Part shown: piece after piece, positions 29,378-37,573 of the stretch
How positions within the stretch are numbered: position 1 is the first letter of the stretch
How the letters are laid out: the number at the start of each line of letters is the position of its first letter
From: an uncultured Friedmanniella sp.
GTDB taxonomy: Bacteria > Actinomycetota > Actinomycetes > Propionibacteriales > Propionibacteriaceae
Length of the DNA stretch: 64,000 nucleotides
Reading direction: 5' to 3'
NCBI RefSeq assembly: GCF_964244005.1
Contig: NZ_CAXTHG010000005.1
Location: 106,832 to 170,831 of the forward strand
Notes under the pieces: model-generated
Told to the model about the DNA's origin: nothing
The model's input: the letters and a program-made list of their open reading frames with translations, nothing else
The model's database searches: none
Position numbers and translations under genes: made by a program

Positions 29378-29580
29378 CTCCCACTCGTCGTGGTGGCCGT
29401 TGCGGACCACCCACCGGCGACCCAGCTCGTCGACCTGGTCGGCATGGCCCTCGCTGTCAGCGGCCACCTCGGCCGGCAAGGCCGCCGCCAACATCGGCGG
29501 GCACCATCACGCACGACCTCATCAAGCAACGACCTGTCGGCCTCGTTGGCCGAGGCTTCTTCGGGACCTACCGTGAGCAC
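29378..29580 (-). mobile_element. IS256-family transposase N-terminal remnant (frameshifted)
   Basis: GTG-LTVGPEEASANEADRSLLDEVVRDGARR, frameshift, then MLAAALPAEVAADSEGHADQVDELGRRWVVRNGHH, the typical actinobacterial IS256 N-terminus. Confidence 0.75.
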
Positions 29581-29608
29581 CCTGGTCGCCGCGGCCCGCC
29601 TCCGCCGC

Positions 29609-30400
29609 TCAGGCGTGGCTGTGGACCAGCAGCCGGTAGGGCGGCTGCGAGAACAGCAGGTTGGCCTGCTGGGGTCCGACCGAGGAGGCGTGCTCGTCGT
29701 CGACGGGATCGTGGACGCTCGCCTGCCAGGAGCGGACCGCCGCGTCGGTGAGCTCGAGGTAGTTGCCCGTGGTGGGCAGTGCCGTGGCCCCGTCGCGCTG
29801 GTTGAGGACGTGCTGCAGCCGCCGTACCGAGTCTGACGCCATGGTCCCGAAGCAGAGCTTGGCCACGTAGACGTCACCGCGGCTCCAGTCCTCAGTCACG
29901 CTGTGCTGGACGTCGTCGGTGCCCACCCGCTGCTTCCAGGTCTTGGCCCGCTCGACCGCGTCCTGGGCGTAGGCGTCACCGCCGTTGTAGGCCTTGGCGC
30001 TCTGGTAGAAGCTTCCGGTCGAGCTTCAGGTGCGGTGCAGGACGGAAATGCCGAACCGGATGTTGTCGGCGGGCACCCAGGGCTGCAGACCCTGCTGCTC
30101 CATCTGGTCAAAGAATCCCCGGAACGTGATCTGCATCGGACCGACGCCGTTGCTCGACTGGTGCCGGATCAGCTCGCGGAACTTCTGGTACCGCTCCTTG
30201 GTCACCTCGATGTCGTGACCAGACTCGGAAAAGGCGCCACCCCGGTCGTGGCCGAAGATGTTCGCGCCGCCCGTCTCCTTCTGCAGGATGGTGCAGCCGA
30301 GGTAGAAGGGAAATCCTGTCTGGTCACAGGCGGCGGCCAGCGCCTCGACGTTGGTCAGCCACTGTCCGGCTGCGGCGATCTGTTCTTCGGTGACGCTCAT
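29609..30400 (-). pseudogene. Lysozyme/lytic-transglycosylase-like peptidoglycan hydrolase with C-terminal PG-binding-like domain; one in-frame TGA at 30026-30028
   Basis: GGAGGT RBS and ATG at 30400. LQKETGG (catalytic Glu), NGVGPMQIT, PADNIRFG; past the TGA the same frame reads AKAYNGG..YA, then KLCFG..SDSVRRLQHVLN...TGNY...TDAAVRSWQ. Confidence 0.7.
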
Positions 30401-30588
30401 TCCGACCTCCACGAGAAACGTTCCCTGACCCGTACGTGAGAGGTCACGGCGACGTCGGAAATACCGTTCAGGACGACCTTTTCCACCCGCTGGTCGACGG
30501 CTTGGTGACCGGTATCACGCCACCGTGGAGGCGCTCTGTCTGGGCACCGAGCGCCACGACGGCGCTCACCTTTCGGATGGAGCGCACC

Positions 30589-32430
30589 ATGCCAGAAACA
30601 CCGCAGGAACAGCTCGAGCAGGCGGGCGGGATCACCAAAGCGCTGCTCGACACCCTCGACCAGCTGGTTGACCGCATCCTCGGTCAGCAGACGGTGGACA
30701 AGAGCGGCAAGCCGCTCCGTCAGGTCGCGTACATGCACATGCCGAACGGCCTGCCCGTCGACCCGCGTCAGTACGCCAACCCCTGGACCCCGGCCGGTGG
30801 AGCCACCCTGGCGAAGCTGAACAACGACGGCACCCTGCCGAAGGTCGACCCGGTGCCGCCGCCCGTGCCGCAGCCGGCCGCCCCTGCCGGCACGCCGCCG
30901 GTCACCCCGGTGCCGGTCAAGCCCACCCAGGACCAGGCCCTGATGGCGTCGATGCAGGCCGCCCTGAACACGGCCTGGCTCTTCGACGAGATGCCCATGG
31001 TGACCGGGGACGGGACCTACCGGCCCTACCCGAGCACCCGCAAGCTCAGCTCGGCGTACGAGGGTCTCGTGCACTCAGTCCAGGCCGTCCCCCCGCCGCC
31101 GCAGCCGGCCGACGTCGCGCAGGCCCTGGCGGATGCCGAGAAGGTCCTCTACAACCACGACGCCGACGGCAACATCACCGGTCCCTCGATCAAGTTCCAG
31201 AACTGGATCAAGTTCTCGCAGAGCTACGCCGACGCCAAGGCCACCTTCGCCACCCAGCAGGCCCAGGCCATGGCCGACCCGATCCTCGGTTCGGTGTGGC
31301 CCGCGACCGGCGCCTCGCTGCAGCAGAAGGTGGACACTGCCTACCAGATCTGGCGCAGCTCGGGCGCCGACGACGTCGAGAAGGCCCTCGACCTGATGAA
31401 CTCCGAGGGCGGCTCGGCGGCCGCGCACTTCGTCTCCCAGGCCCGCGAGCTGCTCGACAAGTGGGACCTCTCGCTGGCCGGCGCCGTCGCGGTCCGCACC
31501 CCGTACACCCAGGTCACCCCGGCCAGCTGGTACGACCACACCAACAATGACATCGGTTTCGCCGGGATCTCGGCCTCGTCGGACCGCTACCACAGCAGCG
31601 GCGGCGCGCAGAGCAGCAGCTTTGCCAACAGCTGGTACAAGGGGACGAGCTCCTCGACCCAGGCCAGTGCGGGTGCGAGCTTCTTCGGTATCAGCATCGG
31701 CGGTTCGGGGGGCGGCTCGTCCTCGGAGAGTGACAGCGCCGGTCACCAGGGCGGTCAGTCCTCCAGCCAGCACGCCGACTCCTCCACCACGGCGTCGATC
31801 TCGTGCGAGTTCGGCGTGATCAAGATCGAGCGGCCCTGGTTGTTGACCGAGCTGTTCCACATCGGTGGCTGGTACGTACCCGGTGAGAAGGCCGGCTGCG
31901 TGAGCGACGGCACGATCGCCGGCCAGGACGGCGACGACAAGAAGCTGCTGCCGATGATCACCACCCAGGCGCTGGTCATCCGCAACGTGACGATCACCGC
32001 CACCGGCTGGGGCGCGGCGGGCCAGGCCCTGTCGGAGTACCAGGCCAACCAGGCGGCGCACTCCGACAGCAGCTCCTGGAACGCGGGCGGCAGCGTCGGC
32101 TTCATGGGCTTCGGCGGCTCCGTCAGCCACACCGAGAGCGACTGGGCCGGCAGCCAGTCCTCCGACGCCTCGTCGAGCTGGGGCTTCTCCTACGACTCGT
32201 TCACCGACACGGGCACGCTGACCATCAACGGCTCGCAGATCGCCGGCTACATCGGCGAGATCGTCGGCTCGAACCCGCGGCTCGACGACCCGAACGTCGA
32301 CAAGCCGGCGGACACGACGACGGACCCCGCGCCCGCCGACAGCACGCCGACGACTGACGGCACCCCGACGTCCGACGGCAGCGGCACCCCCGTTGCCCCG
32401 ATCCTGACGCCCGCCGGCGCCAACGTCTGA
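30589..32430 (+). CDS. Uncharacterised 613-aa protein A with two Ser/Gly-rich hairpin-like segments (candidate pore-forming subunit)
   Basis: Strong coding bias, GGAG RBS before MPETPQ, no signal peptide, Pro/Thr/Asp-rich tail; paralogous to the next gene. Confidence 0.85.
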   Translation: MPETPQEQLEQAGGITKALLDTLDQLVDRILGQQTVDKSGKPLRQVAYMHMPNGLPVDPRQYANPWTPAGGATLAKLNNDGTLPKVDPVPPPVPQPAAPAGTPPVTPVPVKPTQDQALMASMQAALNTAWLFDEMPMVTGDGTYRPYPSTRKLSSAYEGLVHSVQAVPPPPQPADVAQALADAEKVLYNHDADGNITGPSIKFQNWIKFSQSYADAKATFATQQAQAMADPILGSVWPATGASLQQKVDTAYQIWRSSGADDVEKALDLMNSEGGSAAAHFVSQARELLDKWDLSLAGAVAVRTPYTQVTPASWYDHTNNDIGFAGISASSDRYHSSGGAQSSSFANSWYKGTSSSTQASAGASFFGISIGGSGGGSSSESDSAGHQGGQSSSQHADSSTTASISCEFGVIKIERPWLLTELFHIGGWYVPGEKAGCVSDGTIAGQDGDDKKLLPMITTQALVIRNVTITATGWGAAGQALSEYQANQAAHSDSSSWNAGGSVGFMGFGGSVSHTESDWAGSQSSDASSSWGFSYDSFTDTGTLTINGSQIAGYIGEIVGSNPRLDDPNVDKPADTTTDPAPADSTPTTDGTPTSDGSGTPVAPILTPAGANV

Positions 32431-32442
32431 ACGGAGCTGCAG

Positions 32443-33951
32443 ATGTCTGACGCCACTGGGCTCCTGGCTCTCGGCCAAGCACTCGATGACTACCTGAGCA
32501 GTGAGTACGCGCCGCCGCCAGGAACCCAGACGGCGTTGGGCTTCGTCCCCGGGGTCGCCGTCAACCCGTCCTCCTTCTCTCCGACCGGCGTCGTCAACCC
32601 GATGGCGGTCCAGACCTTCCTGAACGTCGTGACCAACCTGATGGGACCCGTCGTCGACGGCCGTTTCTCCGGCTTCCTCTCGGCCGCGACAATGTACGGG
32701 GCGTTGATCAACATGGCGACACCTCTCGACCCGCTCGGGACCCCCGCGGCCGACGCCTTCCTCCGGGTGGTCAACACCGCGCGGTCGGCCTTCGGCGGCA
32801 ACGGGCCGAAGGAGCTGGTGGCCGTGCCGCTGAACTGGTACGACGCCACCAGCACCGGCGGCTGGTCGACCTACACCACCACCTCGAGCGAGCAGTCGGG
32901 CGAGGGCCAGAGCAGCACGAGCGGCACGGGCGAGCCGCCTACCGACACCTTGCCCGACCCCCACCAGTCGCCGCCGATCATCGACCAGACCCGGTTCGAG
33001 AAGATGTGGCGCTTTCGCACTCTCGACGAGACCGCGATCGCCGAGGTGGTCGTGCCGACCGTCGACCCGCCCGTGGCGGTCGAGGTGACCCAGCCTCCGG
33101 TGGTCGTCGCGGAGCAGCTGGTGAAGAGCCACCAGCCGGTCGTCCGTGACCACGTCGGGGTGGACCTGTCGGAGACCTCCGTCCGGACCAAGGGCCGGGT
33201 GTTCCAGACCAGGCTTTCGGCTTCGTCGGCGGACCTCCTGGTGCCCTCGACCGGCCGGCTCCAGCTGCGGGCGCCCACGCTCGCCGCCGGGTTCGTCGCC
33301 ACGCCCCTGGCGCGGACCGTCGACGATGACGCAGCGGTACGCGTCCTCGCCGCCGGCTCTCGGCGCCAGCTGGTCGCCGCGCTCGCCCAGGACAACTCGG
33401 TCATCGCCGGGGACGGCGACCTCGCGGTCTCCCAGGCGCTGGCGCACCTGATCCGGGCCCAGTCGCCGGCCGTGGTGGCCGAGATCGACGACGACCGCGA
33501 GACCACCTCGACCCAGTCGATGGAGACCAACGAGCTCACCCTCTCCCTCGAGTACTGCTTCGTGCAGATCTCCCGCGACGGGTGGTGGAACGACGCGGTG
33601 CTCCGGATGCCGCGCTGGTACGCCCCCGGTCAGAAGGCGGGCGAGTTCAGCTCAGGGACCGCCGTCGGCGGGCTGCCCCTCGGCGTCCCGATCGCCATGG
33701 TGCTGACCCGCAACGTCTCGGTGAGCGGTCGCTGGACCGAGTCCGACCGGACGGCCGCCGAGAGCCACACCAGTCTCGGCCCCTGGTCGATGCAGGACTC
33801 GCAGATGGCCTACGACGCCTCCTCGGAGACGGCCACGCTGACCATGCCCAGCATGCAGGTGGTGGCGGTCGTCTGTGCCGTCCTGCCCGCCCTGCCGCCG
33901 TCGGACGACCCGAGCCTCCCGGCCGCCGCGCCGGACCCGGCCACCCACTAA
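32443..33951 (+). CDS. Uncharacterised 502-aa protein B, paralog of protein A
   Basis: GGAG RBS, starts 12 bp after A. Shares P..WYD, W(Y).PG.KAG..S.G, RNV....W and T.TLT....Q....DDP motifs with A. Confidence 0.85.
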   Translation: MSDATGLLALGQALDDYLSSEYAPPPGTQTALGFVPGVAVNPSSFSPTGVVNPMAVQTFLNVVTNLMGPVVDGRFSGFLSAATMYGALINMATPLDPLGTPAADAFLRVVNTARSAFGGNGPKELVAVPLNWYDATSTGGWSTYTTTSSEQSGEGQSSTSGTGEPPTDTLPDPHQSPPIIDQTRFEKMWRFRTLDETAIAEVVVPTVDPPVAVEVTQPPVVVAEQLVKSHQPVVRDHVGVDLSETSVRTKGRVFQTRLSASSADLLVPSTGRLQLRAPTLAAGFVATPLARTVDDDAAVRVLAAGSRRQLVAALAQDNSVIAGDGDLAVSQALAHLIRAQSPAVVAEIDDDRETTSTQSMETNELTLSLEYCFVQISRDGWWNDAVLRMPRWYAPGQKAGEFSSGTAVGGLPLGVPIAMVLTRNVSVSGRWTESDRTAAESHTSLGPWSMQDSQMAYDASSETATLTMPSMQVVAVVCAVLPALPPSDDPSLPAAAPDPATH

Positions 33952-33994
33952 AGCCCCACCCACGCTCACACCCACGAAAGATCGAGGTTTCACC

Positions 33995-35110
33995 ATGGCC
34001 ACCTACCCCAACGCCGAGTGGCGGCCGCTCGCCGCCGGCAGCCCCGGTGCCCCGATGGACGCGCACGACATCGTCTGCGTCCACACGATGGTCGGCTTCC
34101 TCGCCGGCACCGAGTCGATGTTCCGCGAGAACGGCTGGGCTGGCACCGAGTCGCACCTCGGGGTCGGCGGCCCCGCCGACGGCGCCCTGGACGGCACGGT
34201 CTACCAGTGGGTCGACACCGACGACCAGGCCGACGCCAACCTGCAGGGCAACCACCGTCTGATCAGCATCGAGACCAGCGACGGGGGCGACGAGAAGAAC
34301 CCGTGGTCGGACGCACAGCTCGACGCGATCACCGGCATCATCGTCTGGGCGTGCCAGACCTACGACATCCCGGCGGAGCTGATCGCCGACAGCACGGCCG
34401 GGCAGCGCGGCATCGGCTATCACCGCCAGGGCATCGACCCGTGGCGGGTGGCGGCCGGTGAGAAGTGGTCGAACAGCAACGGCAAGGTCTGCCCGGGCGA
34501 CGTCCGGATCGCCCAGCTGGTCGACACGATCATCCCGCGCGTCCAGGCGCAGGTGTCGGGCTCCGGGTCCGGGACGGTGTCCACGGCCCTCATCCTCGAC
34601 GCGATCAGTCCGGACGCCGGTGTCGCCGGTGACCAGGTCGTGCTCACCGGCTCCGGGTTCGCGCCGGCGGACGGGGTGTCGTTCGGCGGCGTCTGGGTCG
34701 AGACGTGGACCATCGACAGCGACAGCCAGATCACCGCGACCGTGCCCGAGCCGAACGCCAGCGGCTCGGTCTCGGTGGCGGTCAGCACCCCCGACGCGAC
34801 GAGCGACGGGGTCTGGTTTAGCTACGCCGACAGCTCTACGCCGCCCTCGCCGCCGACGTCATCACTGACCCTGTCCTTCATCGGTCCCGACACCAGCACC
34901 GCCGGCAGCCAGGTGGTGCTCACCGGGTCCGGGTTCCTGGCGGCGAACGGGGTGTCGTTCGGTGACGTATGGGTCGACACCTGGACCATCGACGACGACA
35001 GCCAGATCACCGCCACCGTGCCCGAGCCGGTCACCAGCGGCTCGGTCTGGGTCTCGGTGAGCTCGCCGGACGCGACGAGCGACTCGATCTCTTTCGCCTA
35101 CGAGGAGTGA
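33995..35110 (+). CDS. N-acetylmuramoyl-L-alanine amidase (Amidase_2, Zn) with two C-terminal IPT/TIG domains
   Basis: GAGG RBS; VCVHTMVG, SHLGVG, ISIETSD, IGYHRQG, GKVCPG (H/H/C Zn ligands); two ISPD.G..G.QVVLTGSGF...VSFG repeats. Confidence 0.88.
   Translation: MATYPNAEWRPLAAGSPGAPMDAHDIVCVHTMVGFLAGTESMFRENGWAGTESHLGVGGPADGALDGTVYQWVDTDDQADANLQGNHRLISIETSDGGDEKNPWSDAQLDAITGIIVWACQTYDIPAELIADSTAGQRGIGYHRQGIDPWRVAAGEKWSNSNGKVCPGDVRIAQLVDTIIPRVQAQVSGSGSGTVSTALILDAISPDAGVAGDQVVLTGSGFAPADGVSFGGVWVETWTIDSDSQITATVPEPNASGSVSVAVSTPDATSDGVWFSYADSSTPPSPPTSSLTLSFIGPDTSTAGSQVVLTGSGFLAANGVSFGDVWVDTWTIDDDSQITATVPEPVTSGSVWVSVSSPDATSDSISFAYEE
34634..35083 (+). repeat. Tandem intragenic duplication of a 174-bp IPT/TIG coding unit (34634-34807 and 34910-35083)
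   Basis: Both copies run CAGGT.GTGCTCACCGG.TCCGGGTTC ... GACAGCCAGATCACCGC.ACCGTGCCCGAGCCG ... GACGCGACGAGCGAC, with the same length and no gaps. Confidence 0.9.
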
Positions 35111-35114
35111 CGGT

Positions 35115-35145
35115 CTCGTGCCCCCTATCCTAATGGGGGCACGAG
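35115..35145 (+). terminator. Intrinsic terminator-like hairpin ending the A-B-amidase operon
   Basis: CTCGTGCCCCC-N9-GGGGGCACGAG, a perfect 11-bp stem 4 bp after the stop codon. Confidence 0.75.
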
Positions 35146-35240
35146 CCCGGATCATGCATGAGGTGGCGGTTCTGTCCGCGAGTTGATCAAGCGAAGAGTG
35201 CTCCTGACCAGGGAGAATTCTTCTTGCGACGGACATATTT

Positions 35241-35264
35241 GGCTCTTCACAATGCAGGGTGTAG
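35241..35264. mobile_element. Possible ISL3-family terminal inverted repeat (isolated end)
   Basis: GGCTCTTCACAATGCAGGGTGTAG resembles the GGCTCTTC...GGGTGTAG ends of actinobacterial ISL3 elements, as recalled (e.g. IS1096). Confidence 0.4.
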
Positions 35265-35325
35265 CCAGGGTCTGAATACGCCGGTCGGCGCCGGGCTCAC
35301 CCTGTTCGAGCAGGCCGACGGGTAG

Positions 35326-35874
35326 CGCTACCAAGCGTTCGTCATCAACACCCGGAGGGGTCGGCTCGGGTTCCTCGAAGCCCGGCATCGCGCGCACGCC
35401 CGGGTCGAGGACCGGATCCGGATCGCAAGAGACACCGGCCTGGGCCGGCTCCCGTCGCGGGAGTCGCCATCCACCAGGTGTGGGTCCAGATCGCCGCAAT
35501 AGCGGCCGATCTGACCGGCTGGCTCCAGCTGCTCGCCCTGCATGAGGCCTCCGACCTGGTCCGCGCTCGACCGAAAACGCTGCGGTTCCGGACCCTGCAC
35601 GTGCCCGCCCGCTACAGCCACGGCGGCCGACGACGCCGCCTCCGGATACCGCCCGGCTCGCCCTGGGCAACTCAGATCGCCGGCCGCGTTCACTCGGATC
35701 ACCGCCATCCCGGCACCCATCTGACCGGTCGAACCGGCCGACCACCACCACCCCACGGAACCCGCCCCGGAGCGCACCCGGCGGTCCGCCCCTGCCCGAA
35801 AGCAGAAACCATGACTCCAAGCCCAACCACGATCAAAGGCGGCTCCGACGCCGACCTCATCAAAGGACCGGGGC
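35326..35874 (+). mobile_element. IS1380-family transposase 3' remnant (frameshifted)
   Basis: RYQAFVINT...FLEARHRAHARVEDRIRIARDTGLGRLPSRE, then WVQIAAIAADLTGWLQLLAL...RPKTLRFRTLHVPAR...RRRLRI...PWA. Confidence 0.85.
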
Positions 35875-36068
35875 TGGGCGGCGAGTGCCTGGCGAAGACT
35901 CGACCAGTCACGGTTGGTGTCGTTGCGTTCGAGGCAGACCCTGCTCGTTGCTGATGCCAAACGTGGCGAGGCATCCCATTGGTCGCTGAGGTTCAAAGCG
36001 GCTTGGGGGCGTGCTCTCCTTTGAAGTTGCCTTGGCGAGCCTCAGGCCCCACACATCTAAATGACAAG

Positions 36069-36536
36069 TCAGCGCTTCCCCTCCTCCTGCGGAGGCGGTG
36101 GGAGCTTGACAGAGAAGGTATCAACCTGGGTGGCTCCGTCGGCGCTATAGACAGGGACTACGTACGCAACTCGTTTTCCGTTATTGTAAGCCTCTGTTCG
36201 AGCCTTCTGATAGGCGACAGCCTCTTCCGGGTTAGACGGCTGGTCGGCGTCTCCGAACACAAGCTTGCTGTCGGCATAACCCTCGATTCCGTGATTGCCC
36301 ATCACTGAGACTAGATCCGGCGTGAGAGCGTCAGGAACACCGTTCTCTTCTCCTGCAGGCATCGGCACAGGACCGTAGTGACGTCCGTCCTTCGTAACAC
36401 CCGACGCGACAGCAGACGCTGGTACCGGATGTGGGGCCGGGGCGGCAACCAGGGACTGAGAGGCAACTCCAGAGGCGATTCCGTAGCCCACTATCAGGAC
36501 AGCGGCTATGCCGACAAGATATTGGTGAGGACGCAT
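36069..36536 (-). CDS. Secreted/membrane-anchored hypothetical protein (low GC)
   Basis: N-terminal hydrophobic helix, GAAGGAG RBS; G..YG...PDLVSVMG..G.EGY...P.NPEEA...PVY..DG.T motif set. Confidence 0.75.
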   Translation of the reverse strand: MRPHQYLVGIAAVLIVGYGIASGVASQSLVAAPAPHPVPASAVASGVTKDGRHYGPVPMPAGEENGVPDALTPDLVSVMGNHGIEGYADSKLVFGDADQPSNPEEAVAYQKARTEAYNNGKRVAYVVPVYSADGATQVDTFSVKLPPPPQEEGKR

Positions 36537-36561
36537 GAGTGAAGGCTCCTTCCTCAGTAGC

Positions 36562-36830
36562 TCAGGTACGGTGAGACGCGGGCATCATCGTCCTTGTGGT
36601 GCCGACGGCAGTTGAGCCAACGAAATAGTACGTGGTGTCGGGATTATACTGCCAACCCGAAGACAGACATACAGTTCCGTTTTGATTGACAACGGACGAA
36701 GCGCCGCCAATAAATCCAGCTGGACGAGCGTGAGGCCTGCCCGATCCACAATTACCATCACGGCTGATACTGTTCACTTCACCAACATACTCCGGTGAGT
36801 TAACAACGATTCGCGCTTGATCAAAGCCGC
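36562..36830 (-). CDS. Small low-GC hypothetical protein, probably 5'-truncated
   Basis: Frame is open upstream of GTG 36777 (...ARIVVNSPEYVGEVNSI...PAGFIGGASSVVNQNGTVCLSSGWQYN); no good start codon is found. Confidence 0.4.
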
Positions 36831-37573
36831 ATAGGTGGACACCGCCCGTACTGAAAGTTACATTCGAGACCCCGGTCTGGTCCGACCTCCGGCGTCCCGG
36901 GTCGCCAGTGCCACGGGTGACCGCAGTCGTGACACTCGAACGAGCAGCCGTCCCGGACCTGCACGGCGAGCACCCCGAACGACCCGCAACGAGGGCACTG
37001 CACCACCCGGCGTACGGCCCGCTCGGGATCCGCCGTGGTCAGCCGGATCTCCTCCGAGGCGGGCGGAACAGGCTGGTCGTGGTCTGCCTCCGGGTCCGGC
37101 TCGGCGACCAGCGGGGGCGGGGCCGACAGCGACGCCGCCCCGGACACCGCGCCAGCCGCGCCGCGTTCGGCGGCTTCGTGCCAGGAGAGCCCACCCGTCG
37201 ACCTGCCGGCGGCGGCTCCGGTCAACGTGAACCCAGCCTCCGCGGGCGCCGCTGGCCCCGGCGAGAGCGGCGGCAGGGCTGGCGGCCGGGTCTGCGGCCG
37301 GGGAGCAGGACCGGTGGCGGGGTCGCTCGACTCACCGCCGGTCGCCCGAACCGGTGCGGCGAGGGCCGTCGATTCCTGGTCGGCGGCGATCATGGCGACC
37401 GCGACCGCACACAGAGCTGCGACGAGGACCGCCCCGGAATTGACCACCCAGGGAAAGCGGATCTGCTGGTCGAGGACGAAGCCGATGGTGACCACGGCAG
37501 CCAACGAGCCCAGCGCGGACGCCGCGGCCACCCGGAGGAGCACCACCAGCCGCGGGACGGGTGCCTCAGCCAT
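36821..37573 (-). CDS. Membrane protein with C-terminal Zn-ribbon (CPRC...CHDC); C-terminus apparently replaced by island sequence
   Basis: Two N-terminal TM helices, Pro/Ala linker, VQCPRCG...FECHDCGHPWHW. The last ~20 codons lie in the low-GC segment. Confidence 0.7.
   Translation of the reverse strand: MAEAPVPRLVVLLRVAAASALGSLAAVVTIGFVLDQQIRFPWVVNSGAVLVAALCAVAVAMIAADQESTALAAPVRATGGESSDPATGPAPRPQTRPPALPPLSPGPAAPAEAGFTLTGAAAGRSTGGLSWHEAAERGAAGAVSGAASLSAPPPLVAEPDPEADHDQPVPPASEEIRLTTADPERAVRRVVQCPRCGSFGVLAVQVRDGCSFECHDCGHPWHWRPGTPEVGPDRGLECNFQYGRCPPMRL

Noticed and set aside
33972-33988. CCACGAAAGATCGAGG upstream of the amidase resembles an IS1380-type right end
   Set aside because: The match is short, doubles as the GAGG ribosome-binding site, and has no adjacent transposase sequence.
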